A DNA stretch of 63,956 bases, counting the filler, from Vicugna vicugna (taxonomy: Eukaryota), in assembly GCA_013265495.1 (NCBI GenBank). It is 80 parts of 79 records of this genome, joined end to end, with 100 filler letters (N's around TTAATTAATTAA, not from the genome) between each part and the next. Parts side by side here need not be neighbours in the genome. Positions count along the whole stretch, not along the records: positions 1 to 1,600 come from MU058523.1; positions 1,701 to 2,219 come from MU058524.1; positions 2,320 to 2,861 come from PNXW01005025.1; positions 2,962 to 3,699 come from MU058527.1; positions 3,800 to 4,676 come from MU058530.1; positions 4,777 to 5,492 come from PNXW01005080.1; positions 5,593 to 6,077 come from PNXW01005083.1; positions 6,178 to 7,156 come from PNXW01005085.1; 72 more parts are not named here. One strand, given 5' to 3'. Below, one piece after another: positions 1 to 11,334 of the stretch. The stretch's first letter is position 1, and each line of letters begins with the position of its first letter. The notes beneath the pieces are model-generated. The model was not told the origin of the DNA, searched no databases, and was given only the letters and a program-made list of their open reading frames with translations. The position numbers and the translations under genes were made by a program.

Positions 1-1600
1 GTTTCCCTAGGACTGACACTGAGAGAAACCTGGGGGTTGGGCTTTTAGGCCGAATATAGTAGCGAGTGTCCCCGATGGACTGAGGAAGTATTTAGATTAA
101 TTCTCCATAAAGGGAAACACCTGAGCACCCATTCATCTGCGTGGAGTGGGGCTTCAAATCTCCCCACCACACAAGGTTGGGTTCCAGTATCCTGANNNNN
201 NNNNNNNNNNNNNNNNNNNNNNNNNNNNNNNNNNNNNNNNNNNNNNNNNNNNNNNNNNNNNNNNNNNNNNNNNNNNNNNNNNNNNNNNNNNNNNNNNNNN
301 NNNNNNNNNNNNNNNNNNNNNNNNNNNNNNNNNNNNNNNNNNNNNNNNNNNNNNNNNNNNNNNNNNNNNNNNNNNNNNNNNNNNNNNNNNNNNNNNNNNN
401 NNNNNNNNNNNNNNNNNNNNNNNNNNNNNNNNNNNNNNNNNNNNNNNNNNNNNNNNNNNNNNNNNNNNNNNNNNNNNNNNNNNNNNNNNNNNNNNNNNNN
501 NNNNNNNNNNNNNNNNNNNNNNNNNNNNNNNNNNNNNNNNNNNNNNNNNNNNNNNNNNNNNNNNNNNNNNNNNNNNNNNNNNNNNNNNNNNNNNNNNNNN
601 NNNNNNNNNNNNNNNNNNNNNNNNNNNNNNNNNNNNNNNNNNNNNNNNNNNNNNNNNNNNNNNNNNNNNNNNNNNNNNNNNNNNNNNNNNNNNNNNNNNN
701 NNNNNNNNNNNNNNNNNNNNNNNNNNNNNNNNNNNNNNNNNNNNNNNNNNNNNNNNNNNNNNNNNNNNNNNNNNNNNNNNNNNNNNNNNNNNNNNNNNNN
801 NNNNNNNNNNNNNNNNNNNNNNNCGAGAGCCTATCCATGGGATGTGGGTTTTTAACCTACAACCCACAACCATGGAATTAATGTGCCCCCTGAAAGTTGC
901 TTTGACTGTTTCCCTACATTCAGCACACACACGAAGATGTGTTCTGGTATTCTGAGTGTGGGGAAGTTCCTCCAACTGACAGCAGCACCTGGGATCTAAT
1001 AGAATCACGTGGCTTGACTTCCCTGAGTGATTCCATAGGCCGGGCTGTGAGCGAAGGTGTGGTTGGACTCTAAACCAAAGTAATAGCGAGTGCCTCTTTA
1101 TGAGCAGTGGAAGTGTATAACTACATCCACATCCTGGGAACACCTGTGCCCCCAGAAAGATGCGTGGACTCTGTTTCCCTCCTCCTGCACACACACGGCA
1201 TTAGGTTAAGATGTCTTGAGTGTGGGGAGGTTCGTCCCACTAACAGCAGCGCCTGGGTTCTAATACAGTAGATTAACTTGTCTTCCATGATGGATTGAAA
1301 ACGCCGATGTGCGGGGGAAAGTTGGGATTTGGCTCTAAACCAAGTATTAGCGAGAGCCTATCCATGGGATGTGGGTGTTTGACCTACAACCCACAACCAT
1401 GTAATAANNNNNNNNNNNNNNNNNNNNNNNNNNNNNNNNNNNNNNNNNNNNNNNNNNNNNNNNNNNNNNNNNNNNNNNNNNNNNNNNNNNNNNNNNNNNN
1501 NNNNNNNNNNNNNNNNNNNNNNNNNNNNNNNNNNNNNNTAGCTTGACTTAACTATGTGTTTTCCTAGGCCTAGCAGTAAGCGATGGTGGGGTATGGGCTC
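1..1600. repeat. Satellite family B (diverged ~265-bp monomers)
   Basis: Motif tgagtgtgggga..cc.ccaactgacagcagc.cctggg recurs at ~958 and ~1222; internal N gaps. Confidence 0.9.
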
Positions 1601-1700
1601 NNNNNNNNNNNNNNNNNNNNNNNNNNNNNNNNNNNNNNNNNNNNTTAATTAATTAANNNNNNNNNNNNNNNNNNNNNNNNNNNNNNNNNNNNNNNNNNNN
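1601..1700. other. Artificial scaffold-joining spacer N44-TTAATTAATTAA-N44 (first of about 79 copies in the window)
   Basis: Identical 12-mer centred in ~44+44 Ns between unrelated sequences (1645, 2264, 2906, 3724 ... 63832). It is palindromic with TAA in all six frames. Confidence 0.98.
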
Positions 1701-2219
1701 TTAAAAACCCACATCCCATGGATAGGCTGTCGCTAATACTTGGTTGAGAGCCCAACCCACATTTCCCCCACTCTCCATCCTAGGCATGCCATCAGGGAAG
1801 ACAAGCTAAGGGATTCTTTTAGAACCCAGGCGCTGCTGTCATTTGGAGGAGCCTCCCCACAATCAGGATACCTGAGCACGTCTCCGTGTGTGTGCTGGAG
1901 GTGGGGAAANNNNNNNNNNNNNNNNNNNNNNNNNNNNNNNNNNNNNNNNNNNNNNNNNNNNNNNNNNNNNNNNNNNNNNNNNNNNNNNNNNNNNNNNNNN
2001 NNNNNNNNNNNNATCCCCCACCATCGCTTAATGCTAGGCCTAGGAAGACACTTAGGGAAGTCAAGCTAAGGGATTCTATTACAACCCAGGTGCTGCTGTC
2101 TGTTGGAGCATCCTCCCCACACTCAGAACCCCAGAACACTTTTTCCTGTGTCTGCTGGACGTGGGGAAACATATCACACGCATTTTTCTGGGGTCACAGT
2201 AATTCCCAAGTTGTGGGTT
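1701..2219. repeat. Satellite family B (opposite orientation to 1-1600)
   Basis: Reverse-complement motif cccaggcgctgctgtc..ttggagga.cctccccac occurs twice. Confidence 0.9.
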
Positions 2220-2603
2220 NNNNNNNNNNNNNNNNNNNNNNNNNNNNNNNNNNNNNNNNNNNNTTAATTAATTAANNNNNNNNNNNNNNNNNNNNNNNNN
2301 NNNNNNNNNNNNNNNNNNNCCCAGTGCTCCTAGCATCCGTGGATTTGGCTACTTTATTGGACAGGCAACTCCAGGGTTCTCACCATGGTCCTGGCTGTAA
2401 AGCAGGAGTAAGTGTCCACACTAACCCTAAAAGGATCTCTCTGAAACAAAGGCGGATTCACTTTGAAATGTCTGTAAACCGGCGGGCTGCACCGCCCTCC
2501 CATCTTGGCTACAAGACAGACTTCTTCCTTGCTGATCCCTTTCTGGATGTAGGGAAGCAATCCGGCACAAAGCCAGGGTGGACTGGCCTCCAGGTAAACT
2601 TAC

Positions 2604-2813
2604 CTGCTGTCTGTGTCCAGTCCCATGAAGTCCTACCTCCTTCTCAAACGGGATGCAGAGGAGGGGGATCTTGTCCCTAGATTTCTTGGGGCCACCAGCC
2701 AGCCACTTGGACTTGAGCAAGATGAAGAGTGACTCAGTGAATTTCTCGATCTTCTTCTCCACCACCCTGCAGTCCTCGTAGTTTGAAGGCAAAGTCGGTA
2801 CGTGGCTGCTCGA
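2604..2813 (-). CDS. Candidate internal coding exon, product not identified ([59 protein letters not shown]...)
   Basis: T-rich tract then AG acceptor at 2815-2814; open frame with codons biased to G/C endings; in-frame donors GAG|GTAGGA (exon end 2637) and CAG|GTAAGT (exon end 2604). Confidence 0.5.
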
Positions 2814-3799
2814 CTACTCCACATGCAGTACAAAGACAAAAAGCTGAGTCAATATCGAGGTNNNNNNNNNNNNNNNNNNNNNNNNNNNNNNNNNNNNNNN
2901 NNNNNTTAATTAATTAANNNNNNNNNNNNNNNNNNNNNNNNNNNNNNNNNNNNNNNNNNNNCTCCTGTGAGCAACGTAAAGTTCAAGACGTTATGAATGG
3001 TTTTTTTTCTTCCTTAGTCTTTCTGCATTCACTGTGTTTCATGAGATTATATGAATCCTGCTTATTTTCAGCACAGTACTAAGCTTTTTAAAAGGATCAT
3101 GTGTTTAAAAGGCTAGTGGACAATTTTTTAGAAGACAGAAATCCTCAGATTTTGGTCCTAGAGTTGANNNNNNNNNNNNNNNNNNNNNNNNNNNNNNNNN
3201 NNNNNNNNNNNNNNNNNNNNNNNNNNNNNNNNNNNNNNNNNNNNNNNNNNNNNNNNNNNNNNNNNNNNNNNNNNNNNNNNNNNNNNNNNNNNNNNNNNNN
3301 NNNNNNNNNNNNNNNNNNNNNNNNNNNNNNNNNNNNNNNNNNNNNNNNNNNNNNNNNNNNNNNNNNNNNNNNNNNNNNNNNNNNNNNNNNNNNNNNNNNN
3401 NNNNNNNNNNNNNNNNNNNNNNNNNNNNNNNNNNNNNNNNNNNNNNNNNNNNNNNNNNNNNNNNNNNNNNNNNNNNNNNNNNNNNNNNNNNNNNNNNNNN
3501 NNNNNNNNNNNNNNNNNNNNNNNNNNNNNNNNNNGAAGAATGTGGAAATCCTGATGTGGTGAATGAAGGAAGCGGTGGGAACAGGATAGTCAATGGAAAG
3601 GAGGAGGAAGTGAGTGAAACGGGGAGCATAGATCCTTGGTTAGGTGATCAGCAGATTGGTGAGAAAGAGGGGAGTGTGATGGCAGAATCATGTCCCTCCN
3701 NNNNNNNNNNNNNNNNNNNNNNNNNNNNNNNNNNNNNNNNNNNTTAATTAATTAANNNNNNNNNNNNNNNNNNNNNNNNNNNNNNNNNNNNNNNNNNNN

Positions 3800-4676
3800 T
3801 CAAGCATCTTTACTGACCACAATGCCATGAAACTGGAAATCAAACAAGAGTGAAACAAAGGACAAAAAAAGAAAAGCATGGAGAGTAAACAATATGTTAT
3901 TGAAAAAACAATGGATCAATGAGGAAATCAAAGCTGAAATTAAAAAATACCTTGAGACAAATGATAATGAAAGCAAAACCACTCAAAACCTATGGGACAC
4001 AGCAAAGGNNNNNNNNNNNNNNNNNNNNNNNNNNNNNNNNNNNNNNNNNNNNNNNNNNNNNNNNNNNNNNNNNNNNNNNNNNNNNNNNNNNNNNNNNNNN
4101 NNNNNNNNNNNNNNNNNNNNNNNNNNNNNNNNNNNNNNNNNNNNNNNNNNNNNNNNNNNNNNNNNNNNNNNNNNNNNNNNNNNNNNNNNNNNNNNNNNNN
4201 NNNNNNNNNNNNNNNNNNNNNNNNNNNNNNNNNNNNNNNNNNNNNNNNNNNNNNNNNNNNNNNNNNNNNNNNNNNNNNNNNNNNNNNNNNNNNNNNNNNN
4301 NNNNNNNNNNNNNNNNNNNNNNNNNNNNNNNNNNNNNNNNNNNNNNNNNNNNNNNNNNNNNNNNNNNNNNNNNNNNNNNNNNNNNNNNNNNNNNNNNNNN
4401 NNNNNNNNNNNNNNNNNNNNNNNNNNNNNNNNNNNNNNNNNNNNNNNNNNNNNNNNNNNNNNNNNNNNNNNNNNNNNNNNNNNNNNNNNNNNNNNNNNNN
4501 NNNNNNNNNNNNNNNNNNNNNNNNNNNNNNNNNNNAGAAATAGCAAATCTTCCCTACGAATAAAAGTCCAGGATCAGATGGTTTCACCGGGGAATTCTAC
4601 CACACATACAAAGAAGAACTCATACCAGTATTTCTCAAACTCTCCCAGACGATTGAAAAGGAGGGAATACTCCCAA
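3800..4676 (+). mobile_element. LINE-1 ORF2 fragment (end of endonuclease through start of RT region), gapped
   Basis: Translates SIFTDHNAMKLEI, WRVNNMLLKKQWINEEIKAEIKKYLETNDN..QNLWDTAK, and after the gap [22 protein letters not shown], all typical of L1 ORF2. Confidence 0.95.
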
Positions 4677-4776
4677 NNNNNNNNNNNNNNNNNNNNNNNN
4701 NNNNNNNNNNNNNNNNNNNNTTAATTAATTAANNNNNNNNNNNNNNNNNNNNNNNNNNNNNNNNNNNNNNNNNNNN

Positions 4777-5492
4777 TCCATATTCTATATTCTGTGTTCT
4801 ATATTCTATATTCTGCCTACTGTATTCAGTATACTGTATATTATATTCTAAATTCTGTGTTCTGCATTCCATGTACTAAATTCTGGGTTCTATATTCTGT
4901 ATACTATACTCTAAATTCTGTGTTCTGCATTCTGTTTTCTAAATTCTATATTCAGTATTCTGAATTCTATATTCTTAATTCTGTGTTCTGATTCCATTTC
5001 TAAATTCTGGTTTCTATATTCTCTTTTACATATTCTATATTTTGTGTTCTAAATTCAATATGCTACAGTCATTATTCTGCCTTCCGTATTTATATTCTAT
5101 ATTGTGTGTTCTATATTCTATATTCTAAATTCTATATTCAGTATTCTGTATTCTATATTCTAAATTCTGTGTTCAGCATTCCATTTTCTAATTTCTGGGT
5201 TCTATATTCTCTATTCTTTATACTATATTTTGTTTTCTTCATTCAATACTCTAAATTGTATATTCAGTATTCTGTATTGTATAATTTAATTCTGTGTTCT
5301 GAATTCCATGTTCTAAATTCTATATTCATTATTCTGTATTCTATATTCTAAATTCTGTGTTCTGTTTCTAAGTTCGAAATTCTATATTCAGTATTCTGTA
5401 TTCTATATTCTAAAGTCTGTGTTAATCTAAATTCTCGGTTCTGTATTCTGTTTTCCATAATCTGTATTCTGTGTTCTACATTCTATATTCTG
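4777..5492. repeat. Satellite family E (heptamer TTCTATA and variants)
   Basis: Continuous 7-bp periodicity: TTCTATA, TTCTGTA, TTCTAAA, TTCTGTG, TTCTGCA, TTCCATG. Confidence 0.95.
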
Positions 5493-5839
5493 NNNNNNNN
5501 NNNNNNNNNNNNNNNNNNNNNNNNNNNNNNNNNNNNTTAATTAATTAANNNNNNNNNNNNNNNNNNNNNNNNNNNNNNNNNNNNNNNNNNNNGGAGATAC
5601 CACGTGAAAGTTGCAACAGTTTCTTTGGGTATGTTTTGAAATGCTACTATATTATATAAATAAAAAGAGAGAAAAATAGGAATACAGGGGCAATAAATAT
5701 AGATACTTCAAACTGGTAACTTGTTTACAAAAGTAAAAGAAATAATTTGAGTCAGTAATCATAAAAAGAAAAGAGTAAAAATAAAACAATATTAAAGGAA
5801 GCTTTTATCAGCTGAAAAAGGACTTAATTATACATGAGA

Positions 5840-6077
5840 TGTTTTAATTGAAGTACAGTAGATGTACTATATTGTGTTGTTTCAGATGTACATCATAGAT
5901 ATTCTAAGAACTTTGTAGATTATATTGCATTATGTATTATTACAATGATTGTAACTTACAAGTATTTTAAGCTATTGTGCATAATTCCATGAACTATACA
6001 GATTATCAATGTTACTTCTCTCTTTAATTATCCTACTTTGTATCTGTCAATGTTCTACCATTAAATTCTCTTTCCCT
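5840..6077 (-). mobile_element. Degenerate LINE-1 3' end
   Basis: ttttaattgaagtacagt..gtttcagatgtacatcatag resembles a reverse-complement laurasiatherian L1 3' UTR. Confidence 0.5.
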
Positions 6078-6493
6078 NNNNNNNNNNNNNNNNNNNNNNN
6101 NNNNNNNNNNNNNNNNNNNNNTTAATTAATTAANNNNNNNNNNNNNNNNNNNNNNNNNNNNNNNNNNNNNNNNNNNNATAAAATAATCGAACTCTCTCTT
6201 GAAAAACGTTAAGAAAAATACATTAGAAAAGAAAAGCTTTAATGTGTCAGATACCAGGCATCACGCTTCCAGGGAGCTTCTCTGAACGCCTCTCTGCCCC
6301 ATAGTCACCCCTACTTCTGGTCTTAGGTGATCTTCCCCTACCTCCCCTCTCCAGGAGTATTTAGTTTTTTATACCCTCACACATAGTGTAATAGCCATTT
6401 GTTCACAAGTCTATTCTCCCCACTAGATGTTAAATTCATTGAGAAACAATAATTTTTTTAAAGTTTTGTTAGATGAATAGTGAATACAAAATT

Positions 6494-6582
6494 ATATGTT
6501 TATATAATTTTATTTTTCTATTTCAAACAAGGATAAATATGTTTATATAATTTTATTTTTCTATTTCAAACAACAAGGATAA
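6494..6582. repeat. 43-bp direct tandem duplication
   Basis: atatgtttatataattttatttttctatttcaaacaa occurs at 6494 and again at 6537. Confidence 0.8.
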
Positions 6583-7799
6583 TAACACCAGCCTTGTTAG
6601 ATGGCTGTGAAGTCTAAATATTATGCAATGATATACATGAGGTGTTTCCCATAGGGCACTTAACTTGTCAAGTTACATATCAGTAGCTCAATAATATGTA
6701 TTGAGTGCTTACTCACTCTTCTCTTGGAACTGTCAGAAAGTGTTATAATCCTTCCACATGCTAGTTATTACACTTTTAGTATCCATTGATTAAGAAGAGA
6801 TAAATGGATGGATGGATTTTCAGCGGCCTGACTTTGCAAGTCTACAACCTCCCAAGGGTCCCTGAGGCCACAGGTTGGAAAAATGGTGAACTTTAGATTG
6901 TTTCAATACCTGCAGTGAGTCTTATAATCTATCATGAGAGTCATTACAATGGAGCAAAATAACCACAACACAAGTAAAATACAAAGGTCTAAGAGCAAGA
7001 GCAAGAGAAGAAAAGATGAGAGAAGAGAAACAGCAGGTCTTCATTGCTTCCTACTTTTAAAAACACCCACTGCTTCATAGGCTGCTGCCGGCAGGCAGCT
7101 ATTTGACCGCCGTCAGCCCCTTTCACCACAGAGGTGTCCACTATTCTAAGCAGCATNNNNNNNNNNNNNNNNNNNNNNNNNNNNNNNNNNNNNNNNNNNN
7201 TTAATTAATTAANNNNNNNNNNNNNNNNNNNNNNNNNNNNNNNNNNNNNNNNNNNNTACTTTCCTGAAACAACAAATCTCTCATGGTTTCCACAATATTT
7301 CATTATGGTCTTTACTCTTCACTACAAACTAGCTCTTTCCATAGACCATGGACTAGTCACTCAAGACAGTAAGTGGAGGTAGCTACAGGAAACAAAGTAT
7401 TATTTTCTTCTTAATTCATGCCTCCTGAGGCCTAAAGTATTCCATTCCCATTTGCTGGATTTTTTCCTGACTCTTCATCACCCACCCAACCCATAATAGC
7501 TGATTCTCTTCATCATTTTAATAACTATACTGACTTCTAATTAATTTACTTCTTAGAATCAGAGCTTATAGAATCAGAGCTTTGCCCAGAAGAGACAGTG
7601 CTAATGCATACATTTAATGTAGGTTTATGCACCCCACATAACTTGTGCCCCTTACAACCTTCACACAGGAAGTATCAAAGAGGTACTAGACCCTTGGTTN
7701 NNNNNNNNNNNNNNNNNNNNNNNNNNNNNNNNNNNNNNNNNNNTTAATTAATTAANNNNNNNNNNNNNNNNNNNNNNNNNNNNNNNNNNNNNNNNNNNN

Positions 7800-8360
7800 A
7801 TTCCCTGGCACAGAGATATTAGGAAAACACTCAGGGGAGACCTGCTTAGGCTTTCCGTTAGAAACCACGCGCTGCCGACCGTTGGATGAACCTCCCCACG
7901 CTCAGGATTCCGGAACCATTGTCAGTGCGCGGGGGAGCTCGAGAGACAACTCCACGCAGCTCTCTTCAGTCACAGGTGTTCCCTGTTTGGGGAAGNNNNN
8001 NNNNNNNNNNNNNNNNNNNNNNNNNNNNNNNNNNNNNNNNNNNNNNNNNNNNNNNNNNNNNNNNNNNNNNNNNNNNNNNNNNNNNNNNNNNNNNNNNNNN
8101 NNNNNNNNNNNNNNNNNNNNNNNNNNNNNNNNCCGACCGTTGGTGGAACCTCCCCAAGCTTAGGATTCCGGAACCATTGTCAGGGCGTGGGGGAGCACGA
8201 GAGACAACTCCAAGCAGCTCTCTTCAGTCACAGGTGTTCCCTGTTCGGGGAAGTACGAGAAATACCTTCCCTGACTTGGCTAGGCAGCCTCTGTCACTGG
8301 GATATCCTGCAAAAACCCCTAAAATTTCCTGGCACAGAGACATTAGGAAAACCCTCAGGG
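7800..8360. repeat. Satellite family A (267-bp CpG-rich monomer)
   Basis: Matches the A consensus ggcacagagacattaggaaaaccctcagggg...gccgaccgttggtggaacctccccacgctcaggattccgg. Confidence 0.95.
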
Positions 8361-9281
8361 NNNNNNNNNNNNNNNNNNNNNNNNNNNNNNNNNNNNNNNN
8401 NNNNTTAATTAATTAANNNNNNNNNNNNNNNNNNNNNNNNNNNNNNNNNNNNNNNNNNNNTGTTTATTAGGTTTAATCAATAATTCTTATTTCTAGACGG
8501 AGTGCGAGAAGACTTTTTTCTTTTTTGGTGCATTGTATCTAATTTTATAGAAAAGTCTCTAGGATGCCCAAGTTTCACCAAAGAGCTTAGGCCCTTCTCA
8601 GTTTTTAATTTGATTAATTGGTNNNNNNNNNNNNNNNNNNNNNNNNNNNNNNNNNNNNNNNNNNNNNNNNNNNNNNNNNNNNNNNNNNNNNNNNNNNNNN
8701 NNNNNNNNNNNNNNNNNNNNNNNNNNNNNNNNNNNNNNNNNNTTTTTTTTTTTTTAACTTTACGTAGTGTAGTATCAAAACCTCATATCTAAATCCACAA
8801 CTGTCCATTTTATTTATCTCATTGAAAATAACCATATAAAAATATTTATCTATTTGGGATAAGACACTAGTCTCTTTTTTTTTTGACATTTTTACAATGC
8901 TTTTTCCAGTTATTCAANNNNNNNNNNNNNNNNNNNNNNNNNNNNNNNNNNNNNNNNNNNNTTAATTAATTAANNNNNNNNNNNNNNNNNNNNNNNNNNN
9001 NNNNNNNNNNNNNNNNNGAGGCCTGGGGGGCCTGTCAAGTCCGCACCACGGGTCCCAGGTGGTGGGCTGGGTTGTGGCCAGCCAGGCAGGGCCCTGCCGC
9101 CAGACTCGAAGCCCGTGCCCTCTGGCAGTGTCTCTTCCCTCCCGGGTGGCCGGCTCAGCTGACCGAGCCCCCAGTTTCATTTGGCAGCAGAGGGTCGAGC
9201 GGACAGAAGCAGCAGTGGTCCTGGCCGGGCAGGGCTCTGAGACCTCCGGGCCCGGCCCGCTGCCACTCACTGTCATTGCAG

Positions 9282-9558
9282 AGCCGGACACTGCAGGAGC
9301 CGCTGGATCAGGACACCCACGCCTCCTCCCCGAGCCAGGGGCCGCTGCACACTTCTCAGGGCCAGCACCAGCTCCGGGTGAGTCTGCACACGGAGGGGTC
9401 CCCGCCACCACAACGGCCTCCTCCCAAGAATCCGCCCAGGCATCACGCCAGGGTCCTGCCCGCGGCTGACAGGCAGCTCAGCAGACCCGGCTCTGACCTG
9501 GAGCAGCTCCCTGGGAGTCCGGTGGAGGACCAGGAGCCCACCGAGGCACAGCCCCAAG
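9282..9558 (+). CDS. Candidate Pro/Gln-rich coding exon, product not identified
   Basis: Acceptor tcattgcag|, open frame SRTLQEPLDQDTHASSPSQ...EDQEPTEAQPQ, donor AAG|GTGAGA. The context is GC-rich, so a chance ORF is possible. Confidence 0.3.
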
Positions 9559-9732
9559 GTGAGAAGGGCGGGGCCAGTGTACGTGCGGAGGCGAGGGAGG
9601 GCCGAGGGCTGGGCCACACAGGGAGGCGTCCCNNNNNNNNNNNNNNNNNNNNNNNNNNNNNNNNNNNNNNNNNNNNTTAATTAATTAANNNNNNNNNNNN
9701 NNNNNNNNNNNNNNNNNNNNNNNNNNNNNNNN

Positions 9733-9999
9733 GGTTTGCAGGATATCCCAGTGACAGAGAATGCCTCCCCAAGGTAAGGGAAGGTATTTCTTGGACTACC
9801 CCGTACAGGGAACACCTGTGACTGAAGAGAACTGCGTGGAGTTGTCTCTCGAGCTCCCCCACGCACTGACAGTGGTTCCGGTATCCTGAGTGTGGGGAGG
9901 TTCCAACAACGGTCGGCAGCGCGTGGTTTCTAACGGAAAGCCTAAGCTCGTCTCCCCTGAGGGTTTTCCTAATGTCTCTGTGCCAGGGAATGCTAGGGG
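9733..9999. repeat. Satellite family A, essentially one full 267-bp monomer
   Basis: The 267-bp contig starts ggtttgcagg and ends gctagggg, so it closes on itself as one unit. Confidence 0.95.
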
Positions 10000-10099
10000 N
10001 NNNNNNNNNNNNNNNNNNNNNNNNNNNNNNNNNNNNNNNNNNNTTAATTAATTAANNNNNNNNNNNNNNNNNNNNNNNNNNNNNNNNNNNNNNNNNNNN

Positions 10100-10664
10100 C
10101 TGAGTTGAGGTCATCTGGATTACCAATCTTTCATCCACTATAAACGGAATATTTTCATCTAAAAACGTGTACACATTTTAACAAGTTTTTCCTAACACCT
10201 GGTTCGAATTCGTGCATTTTTCACAGAAAAATTGTTCTGGAGCGATTTCCACCTAATTGTTATGTAAGTTACATGAATTCCATCAACATGGCTTTCCGAG
10301 TTCTGTACATGCTACATGCATGACGTTTCGGCAATCATGCGTTTCTCACTTGTGGGCATGTGGATTACTGACCTTTCACCCTCCGAACCAGGCTTATATT
10401 AAAGTAGATATATTTACACTGACTTCATAGGTTTTTCCTATCACTAGGTGCTAAAATCGGACATTTGGCACCAGAAAACACTCTTTGAGCGAATTCTCAC
10501 CAATACACACGTAATTTACATTGTTTACATAACCATGGCGTTCCGTATTACGAACATGATTCATGCATCATGGATTCTTCAAACATGAATTTCTGAGTTG
10601 TGAACATGCGTATGACTGATGTTTCAAACACAAAACAAGTTACCTATGCACTCTGAAATATTTA
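10100..10664. repeat. Satellite family C (~247-bp AT-rich monomers)
   Basis: Same monomer types in the same order as 47711-48562. Confidence 0.9.
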
Positions 10665-10764
10665 NNNNNNNNNNNNNNNNNNNNNNNNNNNNNNNNNNNN
10701 NNNNNNNNTTAATTAATTAANNNNNNNNNNNNNNNNNNNNNNNNNNNNNNNNNNNNNNNNNNNN

Positions 10765-11334
10765 CATGCTCAGTTCTGAGAGATTTGTGTGTGTGAAAGC
10801 CTTCCTTCAACAAGCTTGAAGGGAACACAAAATTTACTTTCAGTTGCCAACTCCACTCCACACATATATATGGGTAGGTACAAGTTTCAACTCGGTTTTA
10901 CAGTGACAACTGCAGGAACTTCATACCGGCACTAGGAAACAGACTGAGAAACCACAGTAAGTGTTTCTCCTGCAACCCGTTCCCTTTGTGCTGGATGAAA
11001 GAACGTCTCTCCACATGCTAATTGTGAGAGATAACTGTGTGTGAAAGCCATCCTTCACATAGCTTGAAGGGAACACATAGTTTCTTTTCAGTTGCAAACT
11101 CCACTCCATACATATATATGGGGAAGTACAAGCTCAAACACGGTTTTACAGTGAAAACGGCAGGCACTTCAAACCGGCACAAGGAAACAGACTGAGAAAC
11201 CAGAGTAAGGGTTTAAAACCGTTCCTGCTTGATGGACGAACGTCTCTCAACATGCTCAGTTCTGAGAGACAACTGTGTGTTAAAGCCGCTCTTCACCTAG
11301 CTTGAAGGAAACACAAAGTTTCTTTACAGTTGCA
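10765..11334. repeat. Satellite family D (~248-bp monomer)
   Basis: catgct.a.t..tgagaga recurs at 10765, 11014 and 11251; reverse complement of the 56180-56772 array. Confidence 0.92.

Noticed and set aside
92..1194. Long ORFs of 150-350 aa full of X here and throughout the track
   Set aside because: They arise from reading through N gaps; the flanks are satellite or L1.
4794..5351. Hydrophobic FYILYS-rich ORFs (also at 14210, 43589, 50511-51236 and 63574)
   Set aside because: They are translations of the heptamer satellite E, not membrane proteins.
8461..8917. AT-rich fragment with minus-strand frames that might extend if TGA=Trp (possible mycoplasma contaminant)
   Set aside because: Too short, no recognisable protein, and the long T homopolymers fit mammalian non-coding DNA. 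A BLAST search would settle it.
10100..11334. Adjacency of the C and D arrays, and of the TRAV or TCHH pieces with satellites, as genomic linkage
   Set aside because: These pieces are separated by the artificial spacer, so their order carries no information.
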